Assembly (NCBI GenBank): GCA_965203905.1 | Contig: CBDBDQ010000005.1 | Span: forward strand, 4,928,001-4,992,000 | Length of the DNA: 64,000 nucleotides | Direction: 5' to 3' | From: Spirochaetia bacterium | Lineage (GTDB): Bacteria > Spirochaetota > Spirochaetia > SZUA-6 > Bin103 | Shown: in pieces, positions 10,729 to 21,420 of the stretch | How the letters are laid out: each line of letters starts with the position of its first letter | Position numbering within the stretch: position 1 is the first letter of the stretch | The notes under the pieces: model-generated | The model's input: the letters and a program-made list of their open reading frames with translations, nothing else | What the model was told of the DNA's origin: nothing | The model's database searches: none | Program-made: the position numbers and the translations under genes

Positions 10729-10821
10729 GGCAACACGATCGTCGTGCTGCTGGCCGGCGGGGACAAACGAACCCAGAGTCGGGATATCGAGACGGCGTTG
10801 CGGCTCGCACGAAACCTGTAG
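10729..10821 (+). pseudogene. C-terminal remnant of RelE/ParE-like addiction module toxin
   Basis: GNTIVVLLAGGDKRTQSRDIETALRLARNL* lies directly upstream of the antitoxin. Confidence 0.75.
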
Positions 10822-10830
10822 GTGGGCACC

Positions 10831-11163
10831 ATGAACAGGACCGTTACTACACCCTATGAAGTCGCCGAGCACCTCCGCGCGCCGGAGGAGATAGCCGCAT
10901 ATCTGGAAGCGTGTCTAGAGGAGGCCGACGGCGATGCGGCGTTCGTCGCCAAGGCGCTGGGCGATATCGCCCGTGCCAAGGGCATGGCGCAAGTTGCGTG
11001 CGATGCCGGGTTGTCCCGAGAAAGTCTCTACAAGGCGCTTTCGGGAGACCGCAATCCGACCCTGGAAACGGTTCTCAGGGTCATCGGAGCACTGGGCCTG
11101 AAGCTGCGCGCCGAAGTGGTACCTGATTCGGCCACGGCCGGACAGGGCGCCCCCGGCATATAG
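10831..11163 (+). CDS. Addiction module antidote protein (HTH, HI1420-like)
   Basis: EEIAAYLEACLEE..ALGDIARAKGMAQVA..GLSRESLYKALSGDRNP. Confidence 0.88.
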   Translation: MNRTVTTPYEVAEHLRAPEEIAAYLEACLEEADGDAAFVAKALGDIARAKGMAQVACDAGLSRESLYKALSGDRNPTLETVLRVIGALGLKLRAEVVPDSATAGQGAPGI

Positions 11164-11370
11164 CCGTACGCGCACGCCGGCAGGCGTTGCGACCAGGGCG
11201 TCTGGAGGCGGTCGGCGCCCCGACTTGCGACAAGACCGTCAGCCATGACGGTCTGCGCCATGCTCGGTGCGGATCAGCAGCGAGGATGCGCTCGCCGTCG
11301 CGTAGTAGACAGTCTGCCGCATGGCCGTGCCACAGAACGGGGTCGCACCCCCCGTGCGTTGACCGTGCGT

Positions 11371-11640
11371 TGAATCGCCTCTTGCACTATCGTGGCGAGT
11401 GTGAGAATATGAGGGCTTGATGCGTCGCGGGACCAGCGCGCTCACCGCTCACCGCTCACTAGCCGCGCCGTTCCGACAGCTCGGCAGCGATGCTGAGCGC
11501 GGCACCATCGTTCCATCCGTCCCCAACGGCCGCCTACGACGGCCGCGTACGCACCCTTCACCAGCCGCCCGTGCCGGCGTTGCCGGCCGAACCGAAAGAA
11601 ACGGGCAACGGTACACCCGACCCGAAAGAGGAGGACCACT
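11371..11640 (+). promoter_or_regulatory. Promoter plus structured 5' leader, copy 1 (paralog of 23988-24286)
   Basis: Near-identical to 23988-24286; TTGCAC -35, GCTCACC repeats, several hairpins, GAGGAGG RBS. Confidence 0.65.
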
Positions 11641-11790
11641 ATGGTCCGATTTGTTTCACTGACACTGGCGTTCGCGCTGGTGGCAGCCTCTGCGTTCGCA
11701 GCGGGCGGTGGCGAAGCGCCGGCCGCCGCTGCCGAGAAGGAGATGGTGCTCGACCCAGCCACCGGCGAGGTGGTCACCGCGCCCGAATAG
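11641..11790 (+). pseudogene. 49-codon stub of a family-5 SBP (paralog of 24287..26053)
   Basis: MVRFVSLTLAFALVAAS..EKEMVLDPATGEVVTAPE*; TAG stands where the paralog has TAT. Confidence 0.85.
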
Positions 11791-11865
11791 ATGGAGGACG
11801 GAAAGGGCATTGTTGGAAAAGCGGTACGAGTGAGTATCGTCCCACCAATAGACGAGGAGACGAAG

Positions 11866-13884
11866 ATGAAGAAGTTGTTTGTATTGCTGCTCGGCTCGGT
11901 CATGTGGACCGCAGGAGCGTTCACTGCCGTTGCCGCCTCTCAGCCAGAGGAGGAGGCTGCCGCGATCGAAGAAGGCGAGGCGATTGGGGAGAGAGTCGGG
12001 CTCTATGCCACTTTGGCTGAATATGAAGAGCTCACGGGAGAGCGAATACCACAATTCAGCGAAGCTCCCATGCTTGAGACCAAGGTCGCCGCAGGAGAGC
12101 TCCCGCCTCTTGATGAGCGGCTTCCCGAAGAACCCATGGTGATCGAGCCCCTGGAGAGGATTGGCCGGTATGGTGGGACAATTAAGCTCGCCGGCGTGGG
12201 CCGGGAAAACATGGAAATGGGACACCTCAGACGGTTCTTGGGTCACACGAGCTATGACGGCAAGCGGATGGTTCCTTTTCTCGCCAGAGGTTGGGAGCAG
12301 GCAGGCGACTCCATGTCGCTCACGTTGTACTTGAGAAAGGGGCTGAAGTGGTCGGACGGCGCAAGCTTCACTGCTGATGATATCGTCTTCTGGTATGAGG
12401 ATATCGTCCTCAATAAGGAGCTCAGCCCAGCTGTACCGCAGAAGTGGGCGCCCGGCGGCGTACCGCTGACGCTGATCAAGGTAGATGACTACACGCTCCG
12501 ATTTGAGTTCGCTGTCCCGTATCCGCGCGCGAGCATGGTGGTTGCTGCAGAGGGTAGAGGGCTTCAACCCGAGCATTATCTCCGCAAGTACCACATCGAA
12601 TACAACGCGGATGCTGACAAGATCGCCAGAGAAGAGGGCCACGATCACTGGTGGCAGGCATTGAAGTCCCATACAGGTAGTGCCGTCGAATGGGATACCG
12701 ATCTGCCGTCTTTCTACCCCTGGGTACTGACGAGAATAGATGCTGGTCAGAACAGGTACTGGGAGCGGAACGCCTACTATTGGATGGTGGATACTGCTGG
12801 GAATCAGCTCCCATACATTGATGCAATTCAGTATACGGCGGTAGCGACACCCGAGCTCGTTGCACTCAACGCAATGGAAGGAGAGCTGACCAGTGCCGTC
12901 AAGGGATTGAGCTTCTCCGACTTCGCCGTCTACAAGAGAAACGAAGAATCGGGTGGCTACAAGATCCATCTATTCGATACGTCCAAATACTATACGGGAA
13001 CCGCTCTCGCGTATCTTTTCAACTACACTCACAAGGACCCCGTGTTGAAGGAGATCTTCAACGATCTTCGCTTCCGGCAAGCTACCTCTCTGGCAATTAA
13101 CCGTGAGGAAATAAGCAAGACCGTATTCCTTGGGAAGAACGCTCCTTACACTCTACCAGTACCTCCCACACGGACTGGCTACGAGGATTGGATGGGAACA
13201 GCCTACGCGGAATACGATCCTGCCAGGGCCAACGAGCTGTTGGATGAGATGGGTCTCGAATGGGATCAGGCTCACGAGTTTCGTCTCAGACCCGATGGGA
13301 AGCCCCTGCACTTCCTGCTCGAATACTCCCTGGAGTGGCTCGGAGCCTACCCCGGCCAGGTGCTGGAGCTGATCAAGGAGTACTGGGCAGAGGTCGGAAT
13401 CAACGTAACTCCCAAGTACATGACGGAGAAGCTCATTGGCGAACGAGCGGCGGCAAACGAAGCCGACACAGGCATTTGGGCCACGGAGTTTGCCGGCGAA
13501 CGGAGACAGTGGGCATCGTACCCCATATGGGTATCACCTCCCTGGCACTGGTATCCTGGCCTTGGAGCCGGCGGCCCAGAGTGGCGTACGTGGCACGAAA
13601 CGAAAGGTGCGCAAGGAGAGGAGCCTCCGGCGGAGATACGAAGGCTCTTCAATCTTGTCGATCAATGGCTCGCTAGCTCTTATGGATCAGAAGAATTCGC
13701 CACGGCGGGCAAGGAGATACTTACCATAAACGCCGAGGGGCTCTATCACATCGGCACGGTGGGTCCTGCTCCGCGCCTGGTGCTGAGAGCGAACAATCTC
13801 AGGAATTCGGTCAGAGACCAGGGCCACTTCATCGGCTGGTGGACCGGAGTCTACATAATGGAGCAGTGGTTTCTCGAGGAGTGA
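11866..13884 (+). CDS. ABC transporter substrate-binding protein, family 5 (Opp/Dpp-like)
   Basis: GAGGAG RBS, signal peptide, EAPML..GELPPLDERLP, KWSDG..FTADD, GNQLPYID. Confidence 0.92.
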   Translation: MKKLFVLLLGSVMWTAGAFTAVAASQPEEEAAAIEEGEAIGERVGLYATLAEYEELTGERIPQFSEAPMLETKVAAGELPPLDERLPEEPMVIEPLERIGRYGGTIKLAGVGRENMEMGHLRRFLGHTSYDGKRMVPFLARGWEQAGDSMSLTLYLRKGLKWSDGASFTADDIVFWYEDIVLNKELSPAVPQKWAPGGVPLTLIKVDDYTLRFEFAVPYPRASMVVAAEGRGLQPEHYLRKYHIEYNADADKIAREEGHDHWWQALKSHTGSAVEWDTDLPSFYPWVLTRIDAGQNRYWERNAYYWMVDTAGNQLPYIDAIQYTAVATPELVALNAMEGELTSAVKGLSFSDFAVYKRNEESGGYKIHLFDTSKYYTGTALAYLFNYTHKDPVLKEIFNDLRFRQATSLAINREEISKTVFLGKNAPYTLPVPPTRTGYEDWMGTAYAEYDPARANELLDEMGLEWDQAHEFRLRPDGKPLHFLLEYSLEWLGAYPGQVLELIKEYWAEVGINVTPKYMTEKLIGERAAANEADTGIWATEFAGERRQWASYPIWVSPPWHWYPGLGAGGPEWRTWHETKGAQGEEPPAEIRRLFNLVDQWLASSYGSEEFATAGKEILTINAEGLYHIGTVGPAPRLVLRANNLRNSVRDQGHFIGWWTGVYIMEQWFLEE

Positions 13885-13892
13885 GCACCGAT

Positions 13893-13970
13893 GAAGGGAG
13901 CTCCGCCCAGGCAGAGCTCCCTTCGAGAGCGTTCCACTGAGAGCTCTGCGGTAGGATGCGCAGAGCTCTC
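13893..13970 (+). terminator. Two tandem stem-loops between SBP and permease
   Basis: GAAGGGAGCTC/GAGCTCCCTTC (13893-13924) and GAGAGCTCTGCG/CGCAGAGCTCTC (13939-13970). Confidence 0.65.
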
Positions 13971-14048
13971 TTCACCTCAGGAACATCAAGTCGTTTCGTT
14001 TTTTCCCTGGAGTTCGCGTAGCCATCACCTCAGAGGGGGAGATGAGGT

Positions 14049-15053
14049 GTGCTGAACTACATCATTCGCCGCTGCGCCTATATGTTCGCGGTCTTGTGGG
14101 TGTTGTCGATAGTGTCGTTCGTCATCATTCAGCTCCCGCCAGGCGATTTTGTCACCTCCTACGTCATGCGGCTCGCGCAAAGTGGTCAGCCCGTCGACGA
14201 AGCGGAACTTGCCTCGTTCAGGAAGCAATATGGGCTGGACATGCCAATGTACCGCCAGTACTTGCGGTGGGCGTGGAACATGGTCCGGGGGAATCTGGGA
14301 TGGTCTTTTCAACTGGAAAGACCAGTAGGCGAATTGATCGGCGAGCGACTGCCAATGACGGTGATCATTTCTCTGTGCACCCTCTTTTTCACCTATCTCG
14401 TGGCTATTCCAATAGGAATCTACTCGGCCACGCACCAATACTCCCTTGGCGATTTTGCCTTTACCACCGCCGGCTTTGTGGGTCTGGCCACGCCCAACTT
14501 CCTTCTCGCGCTGATATTGATGTTCATCTTCCTCAAGTATCTCGGCCTGAGCGCGGGCGGTCTTTTCTCATCTGAATACCTATGGGCACCCTGGAGCTTG
14601 GCCAAGTTCGTCGACATGCTAAAGCATCTCCCCATCCCCATAATCGTCATAGGCACCGGCGGCACGGCGGCGCTCATCCGTGTCATGCGCGGCTGCCTTC
14701 TCGACGAGCTCGGCAAGCAGTACGTCATAACCGCTCGCGCCAAGGGAGTCGAAGAGAGGACGCTACTGTTCAAGTATCCCGTACGCGTGGCTGTCAATCC
14801 GATAATAAGCACCATTGGCTGGACGCTCCCCGCCATCGTTTCTGGGGAGACCATTACTGCCATCGTGCTCAGCCTGCCTACGACCGGCCCGCTTCTCTTT
14901 AGCGCGTTAATGGCCGAGGACATGTACTTGGCGGCGAGTACCCTGATGATCTTGGGTTTTCTCACCGTCGTGGGGACCTTCGTTTCCGATATTCTTCTGG
15001 TTTGGGCAGATCCCCGGATTCGTTACGAGAGCAGGCAAGAGGCAGCGCGTTGA
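14049..15053 (+). CDS. Opp/Dpp-type ABC permease (OppB-like)
   Basis: IQLPPGD, ATPNFLLAL, YVITARAKG, DPRIRY. Confidence 0.92.
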   Translation: MLNYIIRRCAYMFAVLWVLSIVSFVIIQLPPGDFVTSYVMRLAQSGQPVDEAELASFRKQYGLDMPMYRQYLRWAWNMVRGNLGWSFQLERPVGELIGERLPMTVIISLCTLFFTYLVAIPIGIYSATHQYSLGDFAFTTAGFVGLATPNFLLALILMFIFLKYLGLSAGGLFSSEYLWAPWSLAKFVDMLKHLPIPIIVIGTGGTAALIRVMRGCLLDELGKQYVITARAKGVEERTLLFKYPVRVAVNPIISTIGWTLPAIVSGETITAIVLSLPTTGPLLFSALMAEDMYLAASTLMILGFLTVVGTFVSDILLVWADPRIRYESRQEAAR

Positions 15054-16162
15054 CGACAGAGAGGAGACTCAGCGCTGAGGAGGAATACTATGTAGCCACC
15101 CAGTGGCAGCTTATGTGGCGCAAGTTCAAGAAGCATAGGCTGGCCATAGTGGGAGCTAGCATACTGGGTCTCTTCTATTTCGTGGCTATCTTCTGTGAGT
15201 TCTTCTCACCTTACGATATATACAAGCGCTATCCAGACTACATTTACATGCCTCCGCAAAGAGTGCATTTCTTCGATGAGCAGGGGGGCTTTCATCCGGT
15301 GCCCTTCGTTTACGGAACCCAGCGCGAGGAAGATCCGGTAACCTGGGAGGTGAAGTTCGTCGAGGACAAGGAAAGGAAATACCCAATTCGCCTCTTCATC
15401 CGTGGTGATGAGTATGAGCTATGGAATCTGTTCTCCGCAGACATCCACTTGTTCGGTGCGACGGGGTCGGGAACGCTGTTCCTCTTTGGCACCGATGCCA
15501 TGGGTAGAGACCTGTTCTCTCGCGTTCTCTACGCCGCCCGTGTCTCCCTGTCCATAGGGCTGGTAGGGGTAGCACTTAGCTTCATTCTTGGAGTCATCCT
15601 GGGGGGAATCTCCGGCTATTTCGGTGGCGTCAGTGATACTGCCATCCAACGGATGATCGAGTTTCTCATCTCCATTCCGACCATCCCGCTCTGGATGGCG
15701 CTGGCGGCGGCCCTACCAGACGACTGGCCAGCGATCAGGGTCTACTTCGGTATCACGATCATTCTGTCTTTTGTGGGTTGGGGCGGCTTGGCCCGCGTCG
15801 TGAGGGGAAAATTCCTGGAGCTAAGGGAAGAGGATTTCACCATGGCGGCTATGATCGCCGGGGCAACGGAGGGAAGAATCATAGCGCGCCACCTGGTTCC
15901 TTCTTTCCTGAGTTACCTCATAGTGAGCCTGACCTTGGCGGTACCGACCATGATCCTGGGAGAGACTTCGTTGAGCTTTCTTGGCCTGGGCCTTCGCCCG
16001 CCTGCAGTGAGCTGGGGAGTCCTGCTGCACCAGTCTCAGAATATCCGCACTGTTGCCCTCTATCCCTGGCTTTTCATTCCGGCCATCTTCGTGATTGTCA
16101 CCGTTTTGGCCTTCAACTTCCTCGGCGACGGCCTTCGCGACGCCGCCGATCCGTATAAGTAG
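15050..16162 (+). CDS. Opp/Dpp-type ABC permease (OppC-like)
   Basis: FGTDAMGRDLFSR, ETSLSFLGLG, GDGLRDAADPYK; TTG start overlaps the upstream TGA. Confidence 0.92.
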   Translation: MTTERRLSAEEEYYVATQWQLMWRKFKKHRLAIVGASILGLFYFVAIFCEFFSPYDIYKRYPDYIYMPPQRVHFFDEQGGFHPVPFVYGTQREEDPVTWEVKFVEDKERKYPIRLFIRGDEYELWNLFSADIHLFGATGSGTLFLFGTDAMGRDLFSRVLYAARVSLSIGLVGVALSFILGVILGGISGYFGGVSDTAIQRMIEFLISIPTIPLWMALAAALPDDWPAIRVYFGITIILSFVGWGGLARVVRGKFLELREEDFTMAAMIAGATEGRIIARHLVPSFLSYLIVSLTLAVPTMILGETSLSFLGLGLRPPAVSWGVLLHQSQNIRTVALYPWLFIPAIFVIVTVLAFNFLGDGLRDAADPYK

Positions 16163-16329
16163 GCGAAGCAGAGCATGCGGTTCGCCATCAACGGCGATTC
16201 GGCGAAATTGCCCTGGACGCCGCCCGGTGATCGACGCGCTGCTTCAAGATCCCAGCGTCTCACCGCCATTGTGACGCGACCGCACCACCGCAGCGCGCTC
16301 AACCGACATCCGGGTCTGTGTGCCGCGTC

Positions 16330-16389
16330 TATAAACCGGCAGCGTTAGTGACCCCCCATCGGCACTTTTGGGGAACCCCGGGGTCGGCA
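16330..16389 (+). mobile_element. Isolated IS21-family terminal sequence
   Basis: TATAAACCGGCAGCGTTAGTGACCC..TCGGCAC..GGGGTCGGCA resembles the reverse complement of the IS21 end at 28704. Confidence 0.6.
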
Positions 16390-16563
16390 TCCCGACAACC
16401 TGCCCGAGAGACCGGAGTCTCGGGAGAGTTCACACTCGCGGAGATGCTGAAGCGGGCATATGTGTACGAGCCGATCCACCTGGAGGCCACGGCATCTTGA
16501 GTTCCGCACGACCAGTGCTCGCGTATTTGCGTGACCTCACTGCCAGGCGGTAGGGTTTGGGCT

Positions 16564-17466
16564 ATGAACCATCACGAGAAGTACTTCTTCGACCTGCGCG
16601 GGTACCTTGTCGTCAGAAACGCCCTGACCGCCGACCAGGTCGCCGCCTTGTCCGAGCAGTTCGAACGGGTGCGGGCCAAGGGCGCCAAGCGTCACTACGG
16701 GTCCGACCGAACCCGATTGCCGGACGATGCCGACCGGGCCTGGTCGTCGGCCTCGCTGCTCGAGTGGGGCGGTCCCTACATCGACCTCATCGACCTCCCG
16801 ACCATCGCGCCGTATCTGGACGAGCTCCTGGGCGTGGGCTACCGGCTCGATCACGACTACCTCAACGTCAACAATGCCGAGAACCACAGATCGCTCCATC
16901 TGCACGGGGGCGGGCAGGGCGCCGGCGGAGACACCACTCTGGTAGGCCCCACCGATGGTGGTCAGTGCTACTACCGCTACAACAACGGCAAGTTTTACCA
17001 CGGTTTGATCGCGGTTGCGTACGAACTGAACACGGTGCAGCCCGGCGATGGTGGTTTCGCCTGCATCGCGGGCAGCCACAAGGCCAACTTCGAGCTGCCG
17101 CCTGACTGGAAGAACAGCGCCACCCAGGACGAAATCCCGGAGGTTGTGGACGCCGTAGCTGTCGATGCGGGCGACGCCATCATCTTCACCGAAGCGCTTG
17201 CCCACGGAACCGTGCCCTGGAGGGGACCGAACGAACGGCGTACGATCTTCTACAAGTACACTCCGCACGCCGTGGCCTGGAGCCCGTGCTACTACAACGC
17301 TGATCACTATGGTGATCTTTCGGACAGGCAGCGCGTGATGCTGATGCCGCCGAGCGCTTACGGTCCCGACGAGCGCACCAGGGCCATCTGGAAGCGCGCC
17401 CAGGCTGAGCAAGCTGAGCTGGTGCGGTTGCGCGAGGAAGTCGCCGCTCTCAAAGGGTCGGCCTGA
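16564..17466 (+). CDS. Phytanoyl-CoA dioxygenase (PhyH) family protein
   Basis: YFFDLRGYLVVRNAL, LHGG, GGFACIAGSHK, GDAIIFTEALAHG, ERRTIFYKY. Confidence 0.85.
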   Translation: MNHHEKYFFDLRGYLVVRNALTADQVAALSEQFERVRAKGAKRHYGSDRTRLPDDADRAWSSASLLEWGGPYIDLIDLPTIAPYLDELLGVGYRLDHDYLNVNNAENHRSLHLHGGGQGAGGDTTLVGPTDGGQCYYRYNNGKFYHGLIAVAYELNTVQPGDGGFACIAGSHKANFELPPDWKNSATQDEIPEVVDAVAVDAGDAIIFTEALAHGTVPWRGPNERRTIFYKYTPHAVAWSPCYYNADHYGDLSDRQRVMLMPPSAYGPDERTRAIWKRAQAEQAELVRLREEVAALKGSA

Positions 17467-17647
17467 GCCACTGGATTCGGGACGAGGCGGAGCGCGCTTT
17501 GGTGGCCAACATCAACACCATCGAGCTGAGCATCGGGCGACGGAGGGTGGCGCCATGGCAGATGTCTCGCAAGGTGACATGACGGCGAGGGATGGAGCCC
17601 CGGTGGTTCTTTTCCGCGTTCTCTGCGGTGAAAGCCGTCTTGGCGGT

Positions 17648-19733
17648 TCAGTTTCTCAGGCGTGTCATCTCGGCATCGAACAACGGCTCCTTCCTTACCG
17701 TGGCCGCGTACCGCTCACCAAAATACTCCACCTCCACAGAGGTGCCCTCCGCCGCGTACTCCACAGGTAGATAGCCGTAGGCGATGAACGCGCCGACACT
17801 GTATCCGAAGTTGGCGCTGGTGACATAACCCAGCTTCCGATCGCCGCTCAGAATGGGTTCCTTGCCCAGCAGCACCGCGTCGCGATCGTCCAGCGTCAGG
17901 CAGCACAACCTGCGCTGGATCCACTGGTCTCGTGCCTTCGGCAACGCCTCCCGGCCGATGAAGTTGCCTTTGTCGAGGCGCACCGCCCAGTCGAGGCCGG
18001 CCTCGAGGGGGTTGTACTCGGTGTGAATGTCGGCGCCCCACAGGCGATAGCCTTTCTCCAGCCGCAAGGAGTCGAAGGCTCCTCCGCCGGCGGCCAGAAT
18101 GCCGAACTCCAGCCCGGCCTTCCACACTCGATCCCAGACCCACCCGGCATACTCGGTGGGTGCGTGGATTTCCCAACCCAGCTCGCCGGCGTAGGAGACG
18201 CGGAGGGCATAGACCGGCACGTGCACCAGCGTGACAGTCTGGGCTGTGTAGTACGGGAAGGCTTCGTTCGAAACGTCCTCTTCGACGACTTCTTGCATCA
18301 CCACCCTGGATGGGGGACCAGTTTTGGCCCGCCCAGCCGCTACGCTTCGGTATACGGTCCTCATATTGCTTCAGCAGGGAAGCATTGGCCTCGTACCACT
18401 GCGGCGCCTCCCAGCCGGCGTTGGCGAAGAAGATGCCCTGCTGCTCCACAAAGTGGGCGTGGAAAGGGCTGAGACGCAGGTCACGGGGATCCTCCGACTG
18501 CTTCAAGGGGTGGATGATGTCGTACACCTCGCGGTAATTCGCGGCACAGCGGGTCTGCATGTAGGAGCGTGTCGTCTGATGGGCATGAAAGCGGTTGATG
18601 TCTGCCTCGCGAAGGTCCGTGCTCGGCTCCCCCTCCGTCATCCACTCGGCGATCGCCCGACCCACTCCGCCGGCGTGGGCGATCCACACGCCGACCGCGC
18701 TCCAGAAGCCCTTGAGGTGAGATGCCTCCCCCATGATCGGATAGCCGTCCACCGTGAAAGCGAACATGCCGTTGAAGGAGTCCACCAACTCGGCGTTCTT
18801 GAGCGTCGGCATCAGCTCGCACCCAGCCTGCCACGCGACTTCGTAGTGCTCCGGTGTAAACGGCAGCATGGCGGTCTTCCCCAGATCGCGGGGATCGACC
18901 ATGAGCGGCTCGTGCCGGTAGCTGCCGACCCCGTACCGGTCGCGGAACTGACGGAAATACATCGAGAAGTCCTGATGGCGCAGCATCGGGTGAACGATCT
19001 CCCGCGTCTCACCCGCAAGCTCGGGAAGCTCGGTGGTGAGACTATGGAGATGCTGGGCGGCGAGCAGAGGAAGGGGAACCCCGACTTTCTGCCCCAACAC
19101 CGGGGCCCAGATATTGGCGCACAGCAGCACCTGCTCGGTGCCGACGCGACCCTGGCTGGTCAGCACCCCCGAGACGTGTCCGTTCGTGACCTCGATGTCG
19201 GTAACCGTGGTGTCGCCGATGAATTCCGCATCGCCCTCGGCAACGGCGTCCCGCGCCAAGGCGCGAGCCGCATGCCATCCGTTGATGTTGGTGTCGCCCG
19301 GCACGTAGAAGCCGCCCAAAATGACGCGCTCGTCGACGAGAGGAATCTTCTCCTTGACTTGGGCCGGGGTGATGAGAAACGACTCCACGCCGTAGGAAGT
19401 GGCCCAGCCGTGGCGCCGCTTCAGGTCCTCCAGACGCTCGGGGGTAGTGGCGACTTCGATGCCGCCGACCGGACGGTAGAGCGGCGGGCCGTCCTCGGGA
19501 TCCTCCAGCGTTCCGAAGAGTTCCGCCGAGTAGCGGGCGAACTCCGTCATCATTTTGGAAGGATTCGTGAGAAACATGCTGCCAGGTGCGTGGGAAGTGG
19601 AACCGTCGTTCTCGAACAGGGGTCCCTTGTCGATCACGAGGATATCGCGCCACCCCAACCGGGTCAGATGGTAGGCAGCGCTGCAACCGACAATGCCGGC
19701 GCCGATGATGACGAGACGAGCCTCGGTACGCAT
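17648..19733 (-). pseudogene. GcvT-family FAD-dependent N-methyl dehydrogenase (dimethylglycine/sarcosine dehydrogenase-like) with internal deletion and frameshift near 18305
   Basis: IIGAGIVG, GSTSHAPG and FTVDGYP in one frame; RVSYAGELGWE, SLRLEKGY and GYVTSA in another; the middle of the GcvT domain is missing. Confidence 0.85.
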
Positions 19734-19778
19734 GCTGTGGATCCGCCGATCAGAACTCGTCGGCCGGTTCCGTATTCG

Positions 19779-20996
19779 TCATGCCGCCACCTCCTCGCGG
19801 CCCTCTCGAGCGATGCCCATGCTGAAGAACACCAGGGAGCCTGCGGTCACCAGCAGGGCGAGCAGGAACGGCATGCGGAAGGAAGCGGTAGCATCACGGA
19901 GCACTCCCCCCGCATAGACGCCGGCGATCTGCCCCGCGGCGTGAACGAGCGTGATCTTGCCCATGTACACGGATGAGAGCTCTCTGGTCCGACGCATCAC
20001 GATCCCTCCGAACACGGTAAGGTAGCCGAAGAAACAGAGTCCGAATAGCGCTGCCGAAATCCCCGCCGCGAGAACGGATGGAGCGACCACGGGAAGCAGG
20101 AGAGCGAGGGCGATGAGCGCGTAGTTGTAGTACAGGATCGCGCCGGTCCTGCTCCGGTCGAACCAGGCGCCCCAGAGGGCGCTGCTGAAGGCCGAGGTGA
20201 CGCCGAAGAGACCCCAGACCGCCACAGAGACTCCTTCTCCCCCCACCTCCGTAGCGAAGGCAACGATATAGGTGAGATAGCTGGCATACGAGAACCCAAA
20301 GAGGAGGTAGGCGAGAGTTATGTTCCTGTAGGGCGGTTCCGAGAACAGCCTCTGCCAGATTCTCGCGTACCGGACTCGACCGGTTTCCCCTGCGCTGCCG
20401 CCGCCTTCGGCCCTCACTCGTCTGGCGAGGAGCGCGTGGGCCGGAATGAGCAGGCCGCCGATGACGGCGGCGGCCACCCAGATGTGGCGCATATCGAAGG
20501 CGATGCTGCCACGCGAGAGCAGCAGGGCCAGCGCTGAGAGCAGGAATATCCCACAGCCGGCGCCGGAGATGATGAGGCCCATCCTCCGGCCGTAGGTCGC
20601 CTCCTCGAAGTGGCCGTGCACGGTTTGAAAGATGCTCACATAGAGCGATGCTGCGGCCGCACCCATCAGGAAGGCGAAAACGCAGAGGGGTAGAAACCGG
20701 TCCTCCAGGTAGAAGACGATGAACGCCATCGAGATCACGACCAGGGAAACCAGGACTACGGTCGTTTCGCCGAATCTATGGGCGGCGACCCCGCCCAGAT
20801 AGGAAAACACCAGGTAGCCCGATATCAGCAGGCCCCCGATCATGCCGATCTGGGTGTAGGAAAAGAGGTACGCGCCGTGGAGATGGGGAACGAAGAGGGA
20901 GAAGAGGAATCTTCCGAGCCCCAACGCGGTCAGGACATTGAAAAACCCCAGTACGACGATGAGTTTCCGACTGGCAGTTTGGCGCTCGGCCCGCAT
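19779..20996 (-). CDS. MFS transporter (YbfB/YjiJ-like); start uncertain
   Basis: About 12 hydrophobic segments; LGLGRF and GGVLRDATASF motifs. Confidence 0.8.
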   Translation of the reverse strand: MRAERQTASRKLIVVLGFFNVLTALGLGRFLFSLFVPHLHGAYLFSYTQIGMIGGLLISGYLVFSYLGGVAAHRFGETTVVLVSLVVISMAFIVFYLEDRFLPLCVFAFLMGAAAASLYVSIFQTVHGHFEEATYGRRMGLIISGAGCGIFLLSALALLLSRGSIAFDMRHIWVAAAVIGGLLIPAHALLARRVRAEGGGSAGETGRVRYARIWQRLFSEPPYRNITLAYLLFGFSYASYLTYIVAFATEVGGEGVSVAVWGLFGVTSAFSSALWGAWFDRSRTGAILYYNYALIALALLLPVVAPSVLAAGISAALFGLCFFGYLTVFGGIVMRRTRELSSVYMGKITLVHAAGQIAGVYAGGVLRDATASFRMPFLLALLVTAGSLVFFSMGIAREGREEVAA

Positions 20997-21420
20997 CCAC
21001 GCTTTCAACGATCGAGGTACCATCAAAGGGTGCGAAAATAAGAAACGGCGGTGAGTAGCCTCCAGGTGACGAAACCGATGGAGGGGCACCAGCATGGACA
21101 AGGGAGCCACGAAGGAGCCAGTCACGTCAACGCCGGCGTTGCCGGTGGCCATCGGAGTGTAAGCGGACGGTCACAAGGTGGTGTTGGCGGTGAGCAGCGG
21201 CTACCGCGAGTCGACGGCATCGTGGAGTGCCCGGCTGCGCGATCTGAAGGCTCGGGGGATGAATGAACCGCGGTTGCCGGCCGTGGCCGCCGGGCAACAG
21301 TATCACGACGGCCTATCGATCAATGCAGGCCAACACCAGGAGGCCGCCGCCTGATCCGTTTACACACATTGGCGGAACCTCGCTTGCTCATGATATCTTC
21401 TCGAGGTGCAGAAGGGCGCC

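Noticed and set aside
13893-13970. Novel ncRNA or REP family from the twin GAGCTC hairpins
   Set aside because: Stem-loops after SBP genes are a known mRNA-stability feature, and this sequence does not recur in the window
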